54,592 nt of DNA from Candidatus Margulisiibacteriota bacterium (lineage in GTDB: Bacteria; Margulisbacteria; WOR-1; XYC2-FULL-46-14; WPAF01): NCBI GenBank assembly GCA_041648295.1, contig JBAZPF010000001.1:1-54592 (forward strand). The letters run 5' to 3'. Shown here piece after piece: positions 8,471 to 18,697 of the stretch (its first letter is position 1; every line of letters begins with the position of its first letter). The notes under the pieces were generated by a model that worked only from the letters and a program-made list of their open reading frames with translations, made no database searches and was not told where the DNA came from. A program made the position numbers and the translations under genes.

Positions 8471-11124
8471 ATCGCTCCCAAAACTTTATCAAAGGCTTCC
8501 TTTATTTTTGAAATATCACGCCCGCCGGCCTCCGCTTTGCTCGCTTTTCCCCCTCCTCCGCCACCGCAGGTTTCGGCCAGCGCTTTGGCCATTTTACCCG
8601 CGTTATATTTTGCCGTAAGGTCGTCAGAAACAATGACCAAGAACGACGCTTTGCCTTCATTTGCCGCAGAAAAAATAAGGATCCCGGACGGCATTTTACT
8701 TTTTACTTCATCCGCAAGGCTCCTTAAGTTGGACATTGAAATGTTTTCAAATTCTTTTGCCAGCACTTTCACGCCGTTTATCTCTTTTATTTCCGCGATC
8801 AAGGCATCAGCCTGCCCCAGGACCTTCTTTTCCTTAAACTTTTCGATCTCCTTAAGAAGAGTATGCTTTCGTTCTTTCAGCCATTCGACCCTTCCCCTTA
8901 AATGTTCCAAAAATTTATTCACGTTCACGATATCAACGTTATCCACCGCTTTGGTCAAACGGACCAGTTCTTCCTGGTCGATCTCGAATATATTAGATTC
9001 GAAGACTTCCTTGTTCCCCAATTTTTCTTTCTCATCCTGCAGCAGCCTAAGCTCATGGATCAGCTTGTAGATGCTGTCTCTCAATCCCTTCCCTTGATAG
9101 ATGACATAGATCTTGGCGGCCGAACCGGCTACGGCTTCGATCCTTCTGATCCCGGCCTGGAGAGCTTCTTCTTTCACGATCTTAAAGAACGAGATGTCCT
9201 CGGTATTCTTAATATGGCAGCCGCCGCAAAGTTCTATGCTGACTGCAGGGATCCTTACCACCCTTACGCGGTTGCCGTATTTTTCCCCGAAAAGCGCCAT
9301 CGCCCCGAGTTTTTTGGCATCGTCGATCGACATTTCCGATATTTCAACTTTGATCTTTTTCTTTATGTTCTCATTTACCTGTTTCTCTATCTCTTCTATA
9401 TCGCAGGCGTTCAAAGCTTTGGGACTGTGGAAATCGAAACGGAAATGGTCGGGCGCCACCAGCGAACCTGCCTGTGTGGCATCAGCGCCCAGGACCGACC
9501 TTAGCGCCGCGTGCAAAAGATGCGTGGCCGTATGATGGGCGGCGGTCGCGGCGCGGCGGCTTACGTCTATCCTTGCTTTAACATTCTGCTTCTCTTTTAC
9601 TTCGTCAATGCGGTCAACTTTATGAAGAATGACCCCTCCGATCTCTCCAAAAGTATTGGTGGCGATTATCTCTTTATTATCAAATGAAATGATGCCGGTG
9701 TCCCCGACTTGCCCCCCGCCGGCCGGATAAAACGGCGTTTTTTCCAGGATGACCGCTTTTTCATCTTTCAGGATGGCTATCACCTTGGTATCGCATTCAT
9801 TTTTATCGTAGCCGATAAAATTAGTCTTTGGATATTTAGAGACGTCTATTTTTGCCTCTTCGTTTACAAATGACGCTTCCCTTGCCCGGGCGCGCTGGGC
9901 TTCCATCGCGGCCTTATATCCAGCCTCATCAATTGAAGCTCCCTTCTCCCTGACGATCTCCCTGGTCATTTCAACCGGAAAGCCATAGGTATCATGCAGT
10001 TTGAAGGCTTCTTCACCCGGGATCAATTTGCCGTGCTTGGCGATCATCTCCTGCAGTAATTTCATCCCCGTATCAAGGGTTAAATAAAAACTTTCTTCTT
10101 CCGTTTTCAGCGTTTGAATGATGTTTTTTGATTTCGCGGAGAGCTCCGGATAAATGGACCTGCCGATCTCAATAACGGTTTCCGCAAGTTTCGGCAAAAA
10201 TATCTCTTTTATCCCAAGCTTCCTTCCGTGCAGGACCGCGCGGCGGATAATTCGCCTTAATACATAATTCCTGCCTTCATTGCCCGGAAGCACGCTGTCG
10301 GCGATAAGATAAACCGCCGCCCTTAGGTGGTCGGCTACGATCCTTCTTGAGATCAGCTCGCCTTTCGGCAGTTTTTCTATTATCGGGACAAAAAGATCGG
10401 TGTCAAAATTTGTTTCCGCGTTCTGAAGAAGCCTGGCAATGCGTTCAAGCCCCATGCCGGTATCAATGTTTTTTGACGGCAGAGGAGTTAATTTTCCCGC
10501 TTCATCGCGGTTGTACTGGATGAAAACCAGGTTCCAGACCTCAAGCCATCTTTCACAATCACAGCTGGGATCGCAGCCGGGTTTTCCGCAGCCTTTGCCC
10601 GGACCGTAATCGTAATAGATCTCCGAGCAGGGACCGCACGGGCCGGTCGGGCCCGCCGCCCAAAAATTGTTTTCTTCGGATAAACGGTAAAGTTTTTCTT
10701 TTGGGATTTTATACTTATTCGTCCAGATATCGGCCGCTTCATCGTCTTTTTCATAAACCGCAACGACCAGTTTTTCTTCCGGCAGGGCGAATATCTTCGT
10801 CAGCAGTTCCCAGGCAAAGGCGATCGCATCCTCTTTAAAATAATCGCCGAACGAAAAATTGCCGAGCATTTCAAAGAAAGTGTGGTGCCGGCTGGTTTTG
10901 CCCACATTTTCAATATCATTCATGCGTACGCATTTTTGGGCCGACGCCGCGCGCTTGAATTTTGGCTTTTCGGTCCCCAGAAAGATCGGCTTGAACGGAA
11001 GCATTCCGGCCAGGGTCAAAAGAACGGTCGGGTCCGAAGGTATAAGAGAGGCCGAAGGCATTATCTTATGTCCTTTGTCTTCAAAATATTTAAGAAAAGT
11101 TTTTCTTATCTCTTCGCTTTTCAT
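8467..11124 (-). CDS. alaS: Alanine--tRNA ligase
   Basis: 885 aa. FLKYFEDKGH, HHTFFEMLGNFSFGDYFK, the editing-domain HTATHLLHAAL and CGG.H motifs, and a C-terminal DHHA1-like GGGGGGKA. Confidence 0.97.
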   Translation of the reverse strand: MKSEEIRKTFLKYFEDKGHKIMPSASLIPSDPTVLLTLAGMLPFKPIFLGTEKPKFKRAASAQKCVRMNDIENVGKTSRHHTFFEMLGNFSFGDYFKEDAIAFAWELLTKIFALPEEKLVVAVYEKDDEAADIWTNKYKIPKEKLYRLSEENNFWAAGPTGPCGPCSEIYYDYGPGKGCGKPGCDPSCDCERWLEVWNLVFIQYNRDEAGKLTPLPSKNIDTGMGLERIARLLQNAETNFDTDLFVPIIEKLPKGELISRRIVADHLRAAVYLIADSVLPGNEGRNYVLRRIIRRAVLHGRKLGIKEIFLPKLAETVIEIGRSIYPELSAKSKNIIQTLKTEEESFYLTLDTGMKLLQEMIAKHGKLIPGEEAFKLHDTYGFPVEMTREIVREKGASIDEAGYKAAMEAQRARAREASFVNEEAKIDVSKYPKTNFIGYDKNECDTKVIAILKDEKAVILEKTPFYPAGGGQVGDTGIISFDNKEIIATNTFGEIGGVILHKVDRIDEVKEKQNVKARIDVSRRAATAAHHTATHLLHAALRSVLGADATQAGSLVAPDHFRFDFHSPKALNACDIEEIEKQVNENIKKKIKVEISEMSIDDAKKLGAMALFGEKYGNRVRVVRIPAVSIELCGGCHIKNTEDISFFKIVKEEALQAGIRRIEAVAGSAAKIYVIYQGKGLRDSIYKLIHELRLLQDEKEKLGNKEVFESNIFEIDQEELVRLTKAVDNVDIVNVNKFLEHLRGRVEWLKERKHTLLKEIEKFKEKKVLGQADALIAEIKEINGVKVLAKEFENISMSNLRSLADEVKSKMPSGILIFSAANEGKASFLVIVSDDLTAKYNAGKMAKALAETCGGGGGGKASKAEAGGRDISKIKEAFDKVLGAI

Positions 11125-11127
11125 TTT

Positions 11128-11739
11128 TTATACCTGCCTGCCGGCAGGCAGGTAACCCTTTATCTCGTTCTGAACTTCATTTATGTCTTTTATGGTGCTG
11201 ATCACTTTTATTCGTTTTGGATTATCGGCCGCGATCTCATTGTATTTTTCTCTTACTCTTTCATGGAAGGCCAGGATCTCATGCTCAAAACGGTTCAGGT
11301 CCCCCCGTTTCGCGGCACGCTTTATCCCCTCTTCAACCGGGATATCAAGCAAAAAAGTGATGTCGGGCAAAAGGCCTTTGGATGAAATCCAATTCAAATA
11401 CCTCACCAGGTCTTCGGGAAGAGCGCGTCCGCCCAGTTGATAAGCGATCGTGGAATCTATGAATCTGTCAGAAATAACGATCTTCCCCTCCGATAATGCC
11501 GGGCGGATAACTTTTTCAACATGCTCTACGCGGTCAGCGCAAAAAAGAAATATCTCCGAAAGCAATTCAACCGACAGATCGTTGTTAAGAAGCGCTTTCC
11601 TGATGATGTCCCCGATCTCTGTCCCTCCGGGTTCTTTTGTTAAAACCACGCTTTTGCCCGAAGATTCAAGATATTCCTTCAGCAGTTTGGCATGCGTTGA
11701 CTTGCCGCAACCCTCTCCGCCCTCAAAAGTTATGAACAT
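11128..11739 (-). CDS. tmk: dTMP kinase
   Basis: FITFEGGEGCGKST P-loop and a DRF..S..AYQ motif. AGGAGG SD upstream. The last 8 codons (YLPAGRQV) are encoded by the 24-bp palindrome. Confidence 0.92.
   Translation of the reverse strand: MFITFEGGEGCGKSTHAKLLKEYLESSGKSVVLTKEPGGTEIGDIIRKALLNNDLSVELLSEIFLFCADRVEHVEKVIRPALSEGKIVISDRFIDSTIAYQLGGRALPEDLVRYLNWISSKGLLPDITFLLDIPVEEGIKRAAKRGDLNRFEHEILAFHERVREKYNEIAADNPKRIKVISTIKDINEVQNEIKGYLPAGRQV
11131..11154. repeat. Perfect 24-bp GC-rich palindrome at the tmk/alaS junction
   Basis: TACCTGCCTGCC|GGCAGGCAGGTA. It ends 6 nt upstream of the alaS ATG (11124) and encodes the last 8 codons of tmk. Confidence 0.9.
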
Positions 11740-11749
11740 AATTCCTCCT

Positions 11750-13219
11750 TTAATTCAGGCTGAAACCGAAAGTAACCTCCTGCCGCATGGCCCGGTAAGT
11801 AAGATCGACGCTGAAACAATGGATTTTCACGCCGGCCGTATAATCGATATCCTGCGGCGAAAGATCGGGCAGAAAATAAGAACAGCTGAAAATAAATTTT
11901 CCGTTTTCGGAATTAGATTTCAGGGACAAGCCTATCGTATCCCGCGCGTCAAAACGATATTTTTCATAATTAAACGGACTTTGCCCGCGGTTGGCAAAAT
12001 AATGTGAGTAATTTATCAGAGAATCAAGGGACGGGCTTAATTTTCTTTCATATCCCAGCGACCCGATCAGCTTGACCCAGTGCGTGCCGTTGCCGTATAA
12101 GGAAGAATCGGAAATGCCGCCGACCGAGATCCCGTCAAACAAAGTTTGTTTAGTTTTTAGATAGACATTTTCACGGTTAAGAGAAGTTGAAGACGATTCT
12201 TCGGCGATCTGCCCGGCCGAGACACTGCCTTCGATGCCGCCTTTCATGAACGGTATATTCCGGAGGCGGACGATAAGATCGGGCAGTTGGCTGACCCTTT
12301 CATAATTGATCCTTTCTCTGCTAGACAATCGAGCCGAAAATTCATATTTCTTATAACTGGAGATCGACAGAATTGACGGTTCTTGTTCCTGCTTAATCTC
12401 TTCGCCAAAACTATTTAAATATCCGATCCCCCATCTCGGCCCTTCGGATCCGCTTAAATATATATCGGCGTCTGTTTCCCGGTCTTCATCGATAAGATAG
12501 TTCAGTTTAAATCCGCCGCCGATCCCTCTATTTGCGGTATAATTAAAACTATAATTCCCGTTCAATTCCGGCTTCAAATGCCAGGACATCGTCTCGCTTA
12601 TCCAAAACCCGTCGTCAGTATTATTTCCGATCTCGGGATATGGCATGACATTCTTTTTTCCTTTCTGTTCGGCCTTGAAATCATAAACATACACCGGTAT
12701 GGGTATGGATGGTACCGATCCGAGCCAGAAGATCCCCCAGTATGAGGCCAGCCATCCCTGCTTCTGGAACAGGTCGATCTCCGCGGCGGAAAGATGATAA
12801 TGAGGAGAATCCAGGCCGCACGCTTCAAAGGCCGCATTTTTAAGCTTAACCTCTTCAGTGCCGAACTCCACATCATTGCCTGAAATATTCGCTTTTTCGT
12901 ATTGTATTTTTACCATTTTAGCGCTGCCCGTCTCTTTATTAAAATCATATTTCAATTTTTTCCCGGAAAAATTTAAGCCATTGAACGCAAAAGTAAATCC
13001 GGAATCAAGATAGGCTTCGCGGCTGGCAATCTTATAGATCAGATGCTCGCCCGTGATCTTTACGTTCTTAAAAACTACTTCAACCGATCCGGTGGCCTCG
13101 ATCGAGCTTTTATCGCGGTCGTAAAACATGCTTGCCGCGTTGATCGTCAGGTCCTTATCCTGCGCATATCCCGATGCGGCCATGAACAATAGAAAACAGA
13201 TAACGGCAAATCTCTTCAT
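11750..13219 (-). CDS. LptD/OstA-like outer-membrane LPS-assembly protein (short form)
   Basis: Signal peptide (..AASGYAQ), an OstA-like N-terminal pattern (INAASMFYDRD..ATGSVEVV), an ..ACG...PHYHLSAAEIDL.. segment, then a beta-strand-rich C-terminus. Confidence 0.55.
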   Translation of the reverse strand: MKRFAVICFLLFMAASGYAQDKDLTINAASMFYDRDKSSIEATGSVEVVFKNVKITGEHLIYKIASREAYLDSGFTFAFNGLNFSGKKLKYDFNKETGSAKMVKIQYEKANISGNDVEFGTEEVKLKNAAFEACGLDSPHYHLSAAEIDLFQKQGWLASYWGIFWLGSVPSIPIPVYVYDFKAEQKGKKNVMPYPEIGNNTDDGFWISETMSWHLKPELNGNYSFNYTANRGIGGGFKLNYLIDEDRETDADIYLSGSEGPRWGIGYLNSFGEEIKQEQEPSILSISSYKKYEFSARLSSRERINYERVSQLPDLIVRLRNIPFMKGGIEGSVSAGQIAEESSSTSLNRENVYLKTKQTLFDGISVGGISDSSLYGNGTHWVKLIGSLGYERKLSPSLDSLINYSHYFANRGQSPFNYEKYRFDARDTIGLSLKSNSENGKFIFSCSYFLPDLSPQDIDYTAGVKIHCFSVDLTYRAMRQEVTFGFSLN

Positions 13220-14553
13220 CCCACCTCTTCGTAGCGGGTTTCCTTGTTGCAGAACTTTGTGACATCCTTGCGGAACACAAGCTCGATCGATCCGATCGGG
13301 CCGTTGCGCTGTTTGGCAATTATTATTTCGGCAATATTGCCCCGCTCCGACTGCGGATTGTAATAATCTTCCCTGTGGATGAACATTACCAGGTCCGCGG
13401 TCTGTTCGATCTCCCCCGATTCCCGAAGGTCGGACAAGCGGGGAATGCGGTCAGTCCTTTGTTCGACCGCGCGCGAAAGCTGTGATAACGCGATGACCGG
13501 AATATCAAGCTCCCTTGCCAGCGTCTTTAACGAACGGGAGATTTCGGATATTTCCTGAACGCGGTTCTCCACCCGCCCCCTTCCCGACATCAACTGCAGA
13601 TAATCGATAATAACCGCGCCAAGACCCTTTTCCATCTTCAATCGGCGGCATTTTGCCCTTATTTCCATGGCAGTAGCGGAAGCGCTGTCATCAACATAGA
13701 TCGGCGCTTCAGACAGCTTTGCCAGCGCCCTAGTTAGTTTTTTCCATCCGGTATCGGGAAGAGACGCGGTCTTAAGCCGCAGCGCGTCTATTTCCGCTTC
13801 GGAACAAAGCATGCGCTGGGCAAGCTGGTCCTTGCTCATTTCAAGTGAAAAAATGGCCACCGGGATCCCGAATTTTATCGCCATGTTCTGGGCCATATTG
13901 AGCGCCAGCGCCGTTTTGCCTACCGACGGCCTGGCCGCGATAATAATAAGGTCGGAATTCTGAAAACCCGCGGTCAAATTATCAAGATCGGCAAATCCGG
14001 TGGGAATACCGGTTATATGCTCCTTTTTACCGTAGAGGCGGTCGATCCGGTCCAAAACATTTTTCAAAACACTGTCTATTTTGTGGAAACCCTCATGGAC
14101 CCGCTTCATCGCGATATTAAAGATGCTTTTTTCGGCATGATCGATGATCTGGTCAACATTTTCCGGCTGGTCAAAAGCATTTTGCACTATTTGCGTGCCG
14201 GCATCTATTAACCTTCTCAAAGTAGCTTTTTCTTCAACTATCCGGGCGTAATAATCAAAATTAGCCGCGGTCGGGACGGAATTGATAAGGTCCGCAACAT
14301 AAACCGATCCGCCGACCGCTTCAAGTTTTCCGTTTTTCCTCAAGGTTTCCGTGACCGTGACCAAATCGACCGGTTCGCCGCGGTCAAAAAGGTCCATAAT
14401 CGATTCAAAAATAAACCGATGGGCGTCCCGGTAAAAGCTATCGGACTTCATGTTCTCAATCGCCTTAACAATTGCGGTCTTATCAATCAGCATTGAGCCG
14501 ATAACAGACTGTTCGGCTTGAAGGTTTTGCGGTGGTATTCTTTCTTCAGGCAT
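13216..14553 (-). CDS. dnaB: Replicative DNA helicase
   Basis: PPQNLQAEQSVIGSML N-terminal motif, Walker A ARPSVGKT, IIDYLQLM, and RELDIPVIALSQLSR. Confidence 0.96.
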   Translation of the reverse strand: MPEERIPPQNLQAEQSVIGSMLIDKTAIVKAIENMKSDSFYRDAHRFIFESIMDLFDRGEPVDLVTVTETLRKNGKLEAVGGSVYVADLINSVPTAANFDYYARIVEEKATLRRLIDAGTQIVQNAFDQPENVDQIIDHAEKSIFNIAMKRVHEGFHKIDSVLKNVLDRIDRLYGKKEHITGIPTGFADLDNLTAGFQNSDLIIIAARPSVGKTALALNMAQNMAIKFGIPVAIFSLEMSKDQLAQRMLCSEAEIDALRLKTASLPDTGWKKLTRALAKLSEAPIYVDDSASATAMEIRAKCRRLKMEKGLGAVIIDYLQLMSGRGRVENRVQEISEISRSLKTLARELDIPVIALSQLSRAVEQRTDRIPRLSDLRESGEIEQTADLVMFIHREDYYNPQSERGNIAEIIIAKQRNGPIGSIELVFRKDVTKFCNKETRYEEVG

Positions 14554-14562
14554 AAGGAGTTA

Positions 14563-14591
14563 ATTTTACCTTAAATCGGGTCTATTTTCAA
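14563..14591 (-). promoter_or_regulatory. dnaB-unit promoter (leaderless geometry)
   Basis: Minus strand: TTGAAA (14591-14586), 17 nt, TAAAAT (14568-14563), then 9 nt to ATG 14553. Confidence 0.5.
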
Positions 14592-14603
14592 TCGCAAATC
14601 CAA

Positions 14604-16895
14604 CTATTTCCTGATCTGGACCTTCAGTTTTAATTCGAGCTCATTCTGGATGTTTTTAAACATCGGGTTCACGGTTTCATCGGTCAAAGTTTTAGCATGG
14701 TCCCGAAACGAGATCCGGTATGCCTGGCTGTTCTTGTAGCGGTCAAAAAGCTTAACTTCCTCCACCAGTTCGCCGCCCGATTTAGAGATCAGCTCAATTA
14801 TCGCTTTTGAGGACACATCTTCCGGAACAAACATAGCCAGATCCCTTTCAACTTTGGGGAATTTAGGGAGCGGCCGGTATTGCTTCTTTGGCATCGGCAG
14901 TTCAAAAAGCAGGTCAAGATCAAATTCAAAAACGTAAACTTCATGAGTTAATCCCCAGGCTTTTTGAATTTCAGGATGCAATGCTCCAAATTTCCCGAGG
15001 ACTTTTTCTTTCGGACCGATCAACACCAAAGCTGATTTACCCGGATGGAACCGGTCGTCCATAAATGATTCATATTTCCAAAGATCGGAAAAACTTGAAA
15101 GTAATTTTTCGACCACCCCTTTCATCCTGAAAAAATCGGCCCCGCCTCCCGTCATTGCCCCCGCCACCACCAGCTTTTCTCCGGGTAGAAATATTTTCCC
15201 GAGCTCAAAGATATTGACTTCGTCGATCTGGTGGCGGAGGTTATGTGAAATGACTTTTAACAGGCTATTGATCATCCCCGTCCTTAAGACCGATTCTTCA
15301 GGCGTCATCGGGTTTGAGATCACAACCGCATTGCTGTCCGCCATCTTTGGATCGACCAGGCTGAAGGTCTGGGTTTCATAAAGCCCGCAACCGACAAGTA
15401 TATCTCTTATTTTTCTTTGAGTCCCCAGTTCAGATTCAATATTATCTTCTCTTACCGCGGGGATGGTCGTCTTGATCTCATTATAGCCGTAAATGCGCGC
15501 CACTTCTTCTATCATATCGATCTCGCGTTCGATATCTGAAGCTCTCCATGAAGGGACGCTTGCTCTTAATTTGTTTCCCGTGACCTTAATATCGTCAAAG
15601 CCCAGGCTCTTCAATATCTTTCCGGCCTCTTTTATTGGTATTTTTATGCCCAGCGTCTTAAAAAGCTTTTCCTGCCTCAACTCCAGGATTTTATTCTTTT
15701 TTTCTTTTCCCTTAACATCGATCTTTCCGCCGACCACCGCCCCGCCCGAAAGCTCCGCTATCATCATAGCCGCCCGGTCCAGGGCTTCCTCTACCATGTT
15801 CCAGTCAACACCCTTTTCAAACCTGACCGATGCTTCCGTTCTTAGTTTCATTGCTTTTGAAGTTCTATTTATGGAAATAGGATTAAAGTATGCCGATTCG
15901 AGCAATACGGATGTAGTCGAATTTGAGACTTCGGAATTAGCTCCTCCCATGATACCTGCCAGCGCAATCGGATATTTCTCATCAGCGATCACAAGCATCT
16001 TCGGTTCAAGTTTTCTTTCAATCCCATCCAGAGTGGTCATCTTTTCCCCCGCGGAAGCTTTTCTTACAACGATTTTATTTTCTTTGATCAGAGCGGCATC
16101 AAAAGCGTGCATCGGCTGGCCCAACTCGGCAAGCAGGTAATTGGTGACGTCAACAATATTATTGATCGGCCTCATGCCGGCCAGCAGAAGCCTGTTTTTA
16201 AGCCACTCGGGGGATTCTTTTACGGTCACGTTTTCGACCATCCTGGCCATATACCTCGGACAAAGTTCTTTATCCTTAACCTCGATCCTGACCCTGGATC
16301 TTATTTTTTCTTTTGATTCCCTGACTTTTACCGGCTTGACCTTAAGTTTTGTTTTTAGCAGGGCGGAAACTTCCCTGGCCGCGCCCAGAACGCTGGCGCA
16401 ATCGCCGCGGTTCGGCAAAATGTCGATATCCAATACGCAGCTCCCAGTCCCGATATATTTCATCACATCTTCGCCGAGCATCGCGTCCTTGGGCAACCGC
16501 AGCACCCGGGTTTCTTCATAAAGCCCGAGTTCGTGGGGCTTTAAAAGATAGCCAAAAACTTCGACTCCGTGAAGTTCCTGTTTTTTAATTGCAATGCCTC
16601 CGGCTATGGTCGAACCCTCGAGAGCGACCGGGACTTTTTCGCCGATGTTCAAAGTTTCGTCCTCTGTTATGACATCGAGCATTTTCTTGCCGATGTCAAT
16701 CCGGCAGACCAAATGGTGATCGGACGGAAGCCTCTCCGCCGATTTTATTTTGCCGACGACAATGCCGGAAATTCCCCTGCCGTGATATTCGATGGCTCCC
16801 ACCTCAAGGCCGGTCATTATCAACCGGTCGGCAAGCTCTTCCGGCTTGATCTTTATGCTTACAAAATCTTTAAGCCACTCAAATGGTATTTTCAT
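14604..16895 (-). CDS. pheT: Phenylalanine--tRNA ligase beta subunit
   Basis: 763 aa. MKIPFEWLKDF start, B3/B4, B5 and FDX-ACB-like C-terminus. Directly downstream of pheS. Confidence 0.95.
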   Translation of the reverse strand: MKIPFEWLKDFVSIKIKPEELADRLIMTGLEVGAIEYHGRGISGIVVGKIKSAERLPSDHHLVCRIDIGKKMLDVITEDETLNIGEKVPVALEGSTIAGGIAIKKQELHGVEVFGYLLKPHELGLYEETRVLRLPKDAMLGEDVMKYIGTGSCVLDIDILPNRGDCASVLGAAREVSALLKTKLKVKPVKVRESKEKIRSRVRIEVKDKELCPRYMARMVENVTVKESPEWLKNRLLLAGMRPINNIVDVTNYLLAELGQPMHAFDAALIKENKIVVRKASAGEKMTTLDGIERKLEPKMLVIADEKYPIALAGIMGGANSEVSNSTTSVLLESAYFNPISINRTSKAMKLRTEASVRFEKGVDWNMVEEALDRAAMMIAELSGGAVVGGKIDVKGKEKKNKILELRQEKLFKTLGIKIPIKEAGKILKSLGFDDIKVTGNKLRASVPSWRASDIEREIDMIEEVARIYGYNEIKTTIPAVREDNIESELGTQRKIRDILVGCGLYETQTFSLVDPKMADSNAVVISNPMTPEESVLRTGMINSLLKVISHNLRHQIDEVNIFELGKIFLPGEKLVVAGAMTGGGADFFRMKGVVEKLLSSFSDLWKYESFMDDRFHPGKSALVLIGPKEKVLGKFGALHPEIQKAWGLTHEVYVFEFDLDLLFELPMPKKQYRPLPKFPKVERDLAMFVPEDVSSKAIIELISKSGGELVEEVKLFDRYKNSQAYRISFRDHAKTLTDETVNPMFKNIQNELELKLKVQIRK

Positions 16896-17908
16896 TAAAA
16901 TTGCCTCAAAAACCGTAAGTCATTCTCATAAAAAAGGCGGATATCATCGATACCATACTTTAACATTGCCACGCGCTCGACCCCCACCCCAAAAGCAAAT
17001 CCGGTATATTTTTCAGCGTCGTAATTTACATATTTAAAAACATTAGGGTCAACCATTCCCGATCCCAGGATCTCCAGCCAGCCGGTATTTGAACAGACGC
17101 GGCAGCCTGCCCCTCTGCACATGACACACTGTACGTCCACTTCGGCGGATGGTTCGGTGAACGGAAAATAGCTTGGCCGGAAACGGACCTTTTTATCTTT
17201 TCCGAAAACCTGATGGAGAAAACCGGTAAGCGCGCCTTTCAGATCGCCGAAGGTAACGTTTGTATCCACCAGCAAACCTTCCAGTTGATGAAAAACCGTG
17301 GAATGCGTAATATCAGCGTCGCGGCGGTATACCCTTCCCGGCGCGATTATCGCCAGCGGCGGTTTGCGTTTTTCCATTACTCTTATCTGGACGGGCGACG
17401 TGTGCGTCCTTAAAAGCAGTTTCTCGTCTATCCAGAGAGTCGACCACATATCGCGGCTGGGATGGTATTTGGGTATGTTCAGCGCCTCAAAATTATAATA
17501 TTCTGTTTCGACATCGGGCCCTTCGGCTATGGAAAATCCCATGCGGGTAAAAATGTCCAACAGTTCATCCATCACCTGGGTTATGGGATGGAGTTTGCCT
17601 CTTGCGGCGCCGGTCGGAGGAAGAGTGATATCGATCCTGTCCGTCTTTAATTTTTGCGAGGTCTGCTGTCCGGAAAGCAGTGTCATTTTTTCATCGATCA
17701 GGTTTTTAATCCTGGTTTTTGATTCATTTAAAGCCTTACCGAAGTTGGGACGCTCGCCGTCCGGCAAGTTTTTAAGGTTCTTTAACAGTTCGGTCAAAAG
17801 TCCTTTCCGGCCCAGGTAACGGACGTTTAAAACCTCAAGCTCTTTAGCGCCTGACACTTCTTTTATTGATGAGACCGCTTCTTCTTCAATTGCTTTTATT
17901 CTATCCAT
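16895..17908 (-). CDS. pheS: Phenylalanine--tRNA ligase alpha subunit
   Basis: HPSRDMWSTL, class II motifs (RTHTSPVQ, FRPSYFPFTEPS, GFAFGVGVERVAML). 1-nt overlap with pheT. Confidence 0.96.
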   Translation of the reverse strand: MDRIKAIEEEAVSSIKEVSGAKELEVLNVRYLGRKGLLTELLKNLKNLPDGERPNFGKALNESKTRIKNLIDEKMTLLSGQQTSQKLKTDRIDITLPPTGAARGKLHPITQVMDELLDIFTRMGFSIAEGPDVETEYYNFEALNIPKYHPSRDMWSTLWIDEKLLLRTHTSPVQIRVMEKRKPPLAIIAPGRVYRRDADITHSTVFHQLEGLLVDTNVTFGDLKGALTGFLHQVFGKDKKVRFRPSYFPFTEPSAEVDVQCVMCRGAGCRVCSNTGWLEILGSGMVDPNVFKYVNYDAEKYTGFAFGVGVERVAMLKYGIDDIRLFYENDLRFLRQF

Positions 17909-18662
17909 AAGTCCTCTGCCTTAAAGCTTCGTATAAGATCAAGGTCGCGGACATGGCCGCGTTAAGCGATTCCGATTTTCCCGGCATCGGTATTTTTACC
18001 ACTTCGTCGCACATGCTCAATATCTCCGGCGGAAGCCCGGCCCCTTCATTCCCGATCAAGATCGCTACCGGACCGGAAAGCTTGGCCTGCCAGTAATTGC
18101 TTTTTCCCGACAGGTCGGCCGCTATCAGTTTTATTCCCCGGGCTTTCAATTCTTTGACGCCTTTTTCCGCTTCTCCAAATTCAATTACCGGAAGATGAAA
18201 AAGCGATCCCATGGTCGAGCGGATCACTTTTTGATTATATAACTCGACCGTCCCCTTCGACAATAAAACCGCCGAAGCGGCAGCCGCGTCGGCGCTGCGG
18301 ATAATGGTGCCGAGATTTCCCGGATCCTGTATCCCTATGCAGTAAACGATCAAGGGATCGGAAGCGCTAAGAACATCGCCGATCAAATGCTCGGGTTTCC
18401 TTGCTACCGCCAAAATCCCCTGCGGGGTTTCAACCGAGGTTAACAGTTCAAAATCCCTTTTTGAAACTTTATACGCAGGAATCCCTTTGGCCTTTAATAT
18501 TTTTACCGCCGGAAGCTCGGATGAATACAGGATATAATCAATATTCTCGCCCGCCTCCAGCGCCAGATGCTCGCCTTCCACCACAAAACGGCCATCCTTT
18601 TCGCGGATCCTTTTTTTCTCGATCAGTCCCAAAACTTCCTTGACTTGCGGCAAAAGTTGCAT
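17901..18662 (-). CDS. TrmH/SpoU-family RNA 2'-O-methyltransferase
   Basis: SpoU motifs DPGNLGTIIRSA, LIGNEGAGL and IPM.G..ESLNAA. First gene of the trmH-pheS-pheT unit. Confidence 0.85.
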   Translation of the reverse strand: MQLLPQVKEVLGLIEKKRIREKDGRFVVEGEHLALEAGENIDYILYSSELPAVKILKAKGIPAYKVSKRDFELLTSVETPQGILAVARKPEHLIGDVLSASDPLIVYCIGIQDPGNLGTIIRSADAAAASAVLLSKGTVELYNQKVIRSTMGSLFHLPVIEFGEAEKGVKELKARGIKLIAADLSGKSNYWQAKLSGPVAILIGNEGAGLPPEILSMCDEVVKIPMPGKSESLNAAMSATLILYEALRQRTYG

Positions 18663-18668
18663 TTACAA

Positions 18669-18697
18669 ATTATACACTTTGCGAGTTGCTATTTCAA
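18669..18697 (-). promoter_or_regulatory. trmH-pheS-pheT promoter (leaderless geometry)
   Basis: Minus strand: TTGAAA (18697-18692), 17 nt, TATAAT (18674-18669), then 6 nt to ATG 18662. Confidence 0.55.

Noticed and set aside
8537-9535. Long plus-strand ORFs (177, 200 and 140 aa) inside alaS. Similar antisense or out-of-frame ORFs occur inside pheT (15493-16521), cysS (35379-36149), korB (47662-48210), rnfE/korD (46108-46611), pta (41028-41579) and the exonuclease gene (40308-40769).
   Set aside because: They lie wholly within strongly recognisable conserved genes on the other strand or in another frame. Their sequences are low-complexity and Ser/Pro/Arg/Phe-rich, with no motifs. This is typical of shadow ORFs in compositionally biased coding DNA.
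11125-11132. TATAAA just upstream of alaS, as another leaderless -10.
   Set aside because: It ends only 2 nt before the ATG, too close for a transcription start at or before the start codon. alaS is more likely co-transcribed with tmk.
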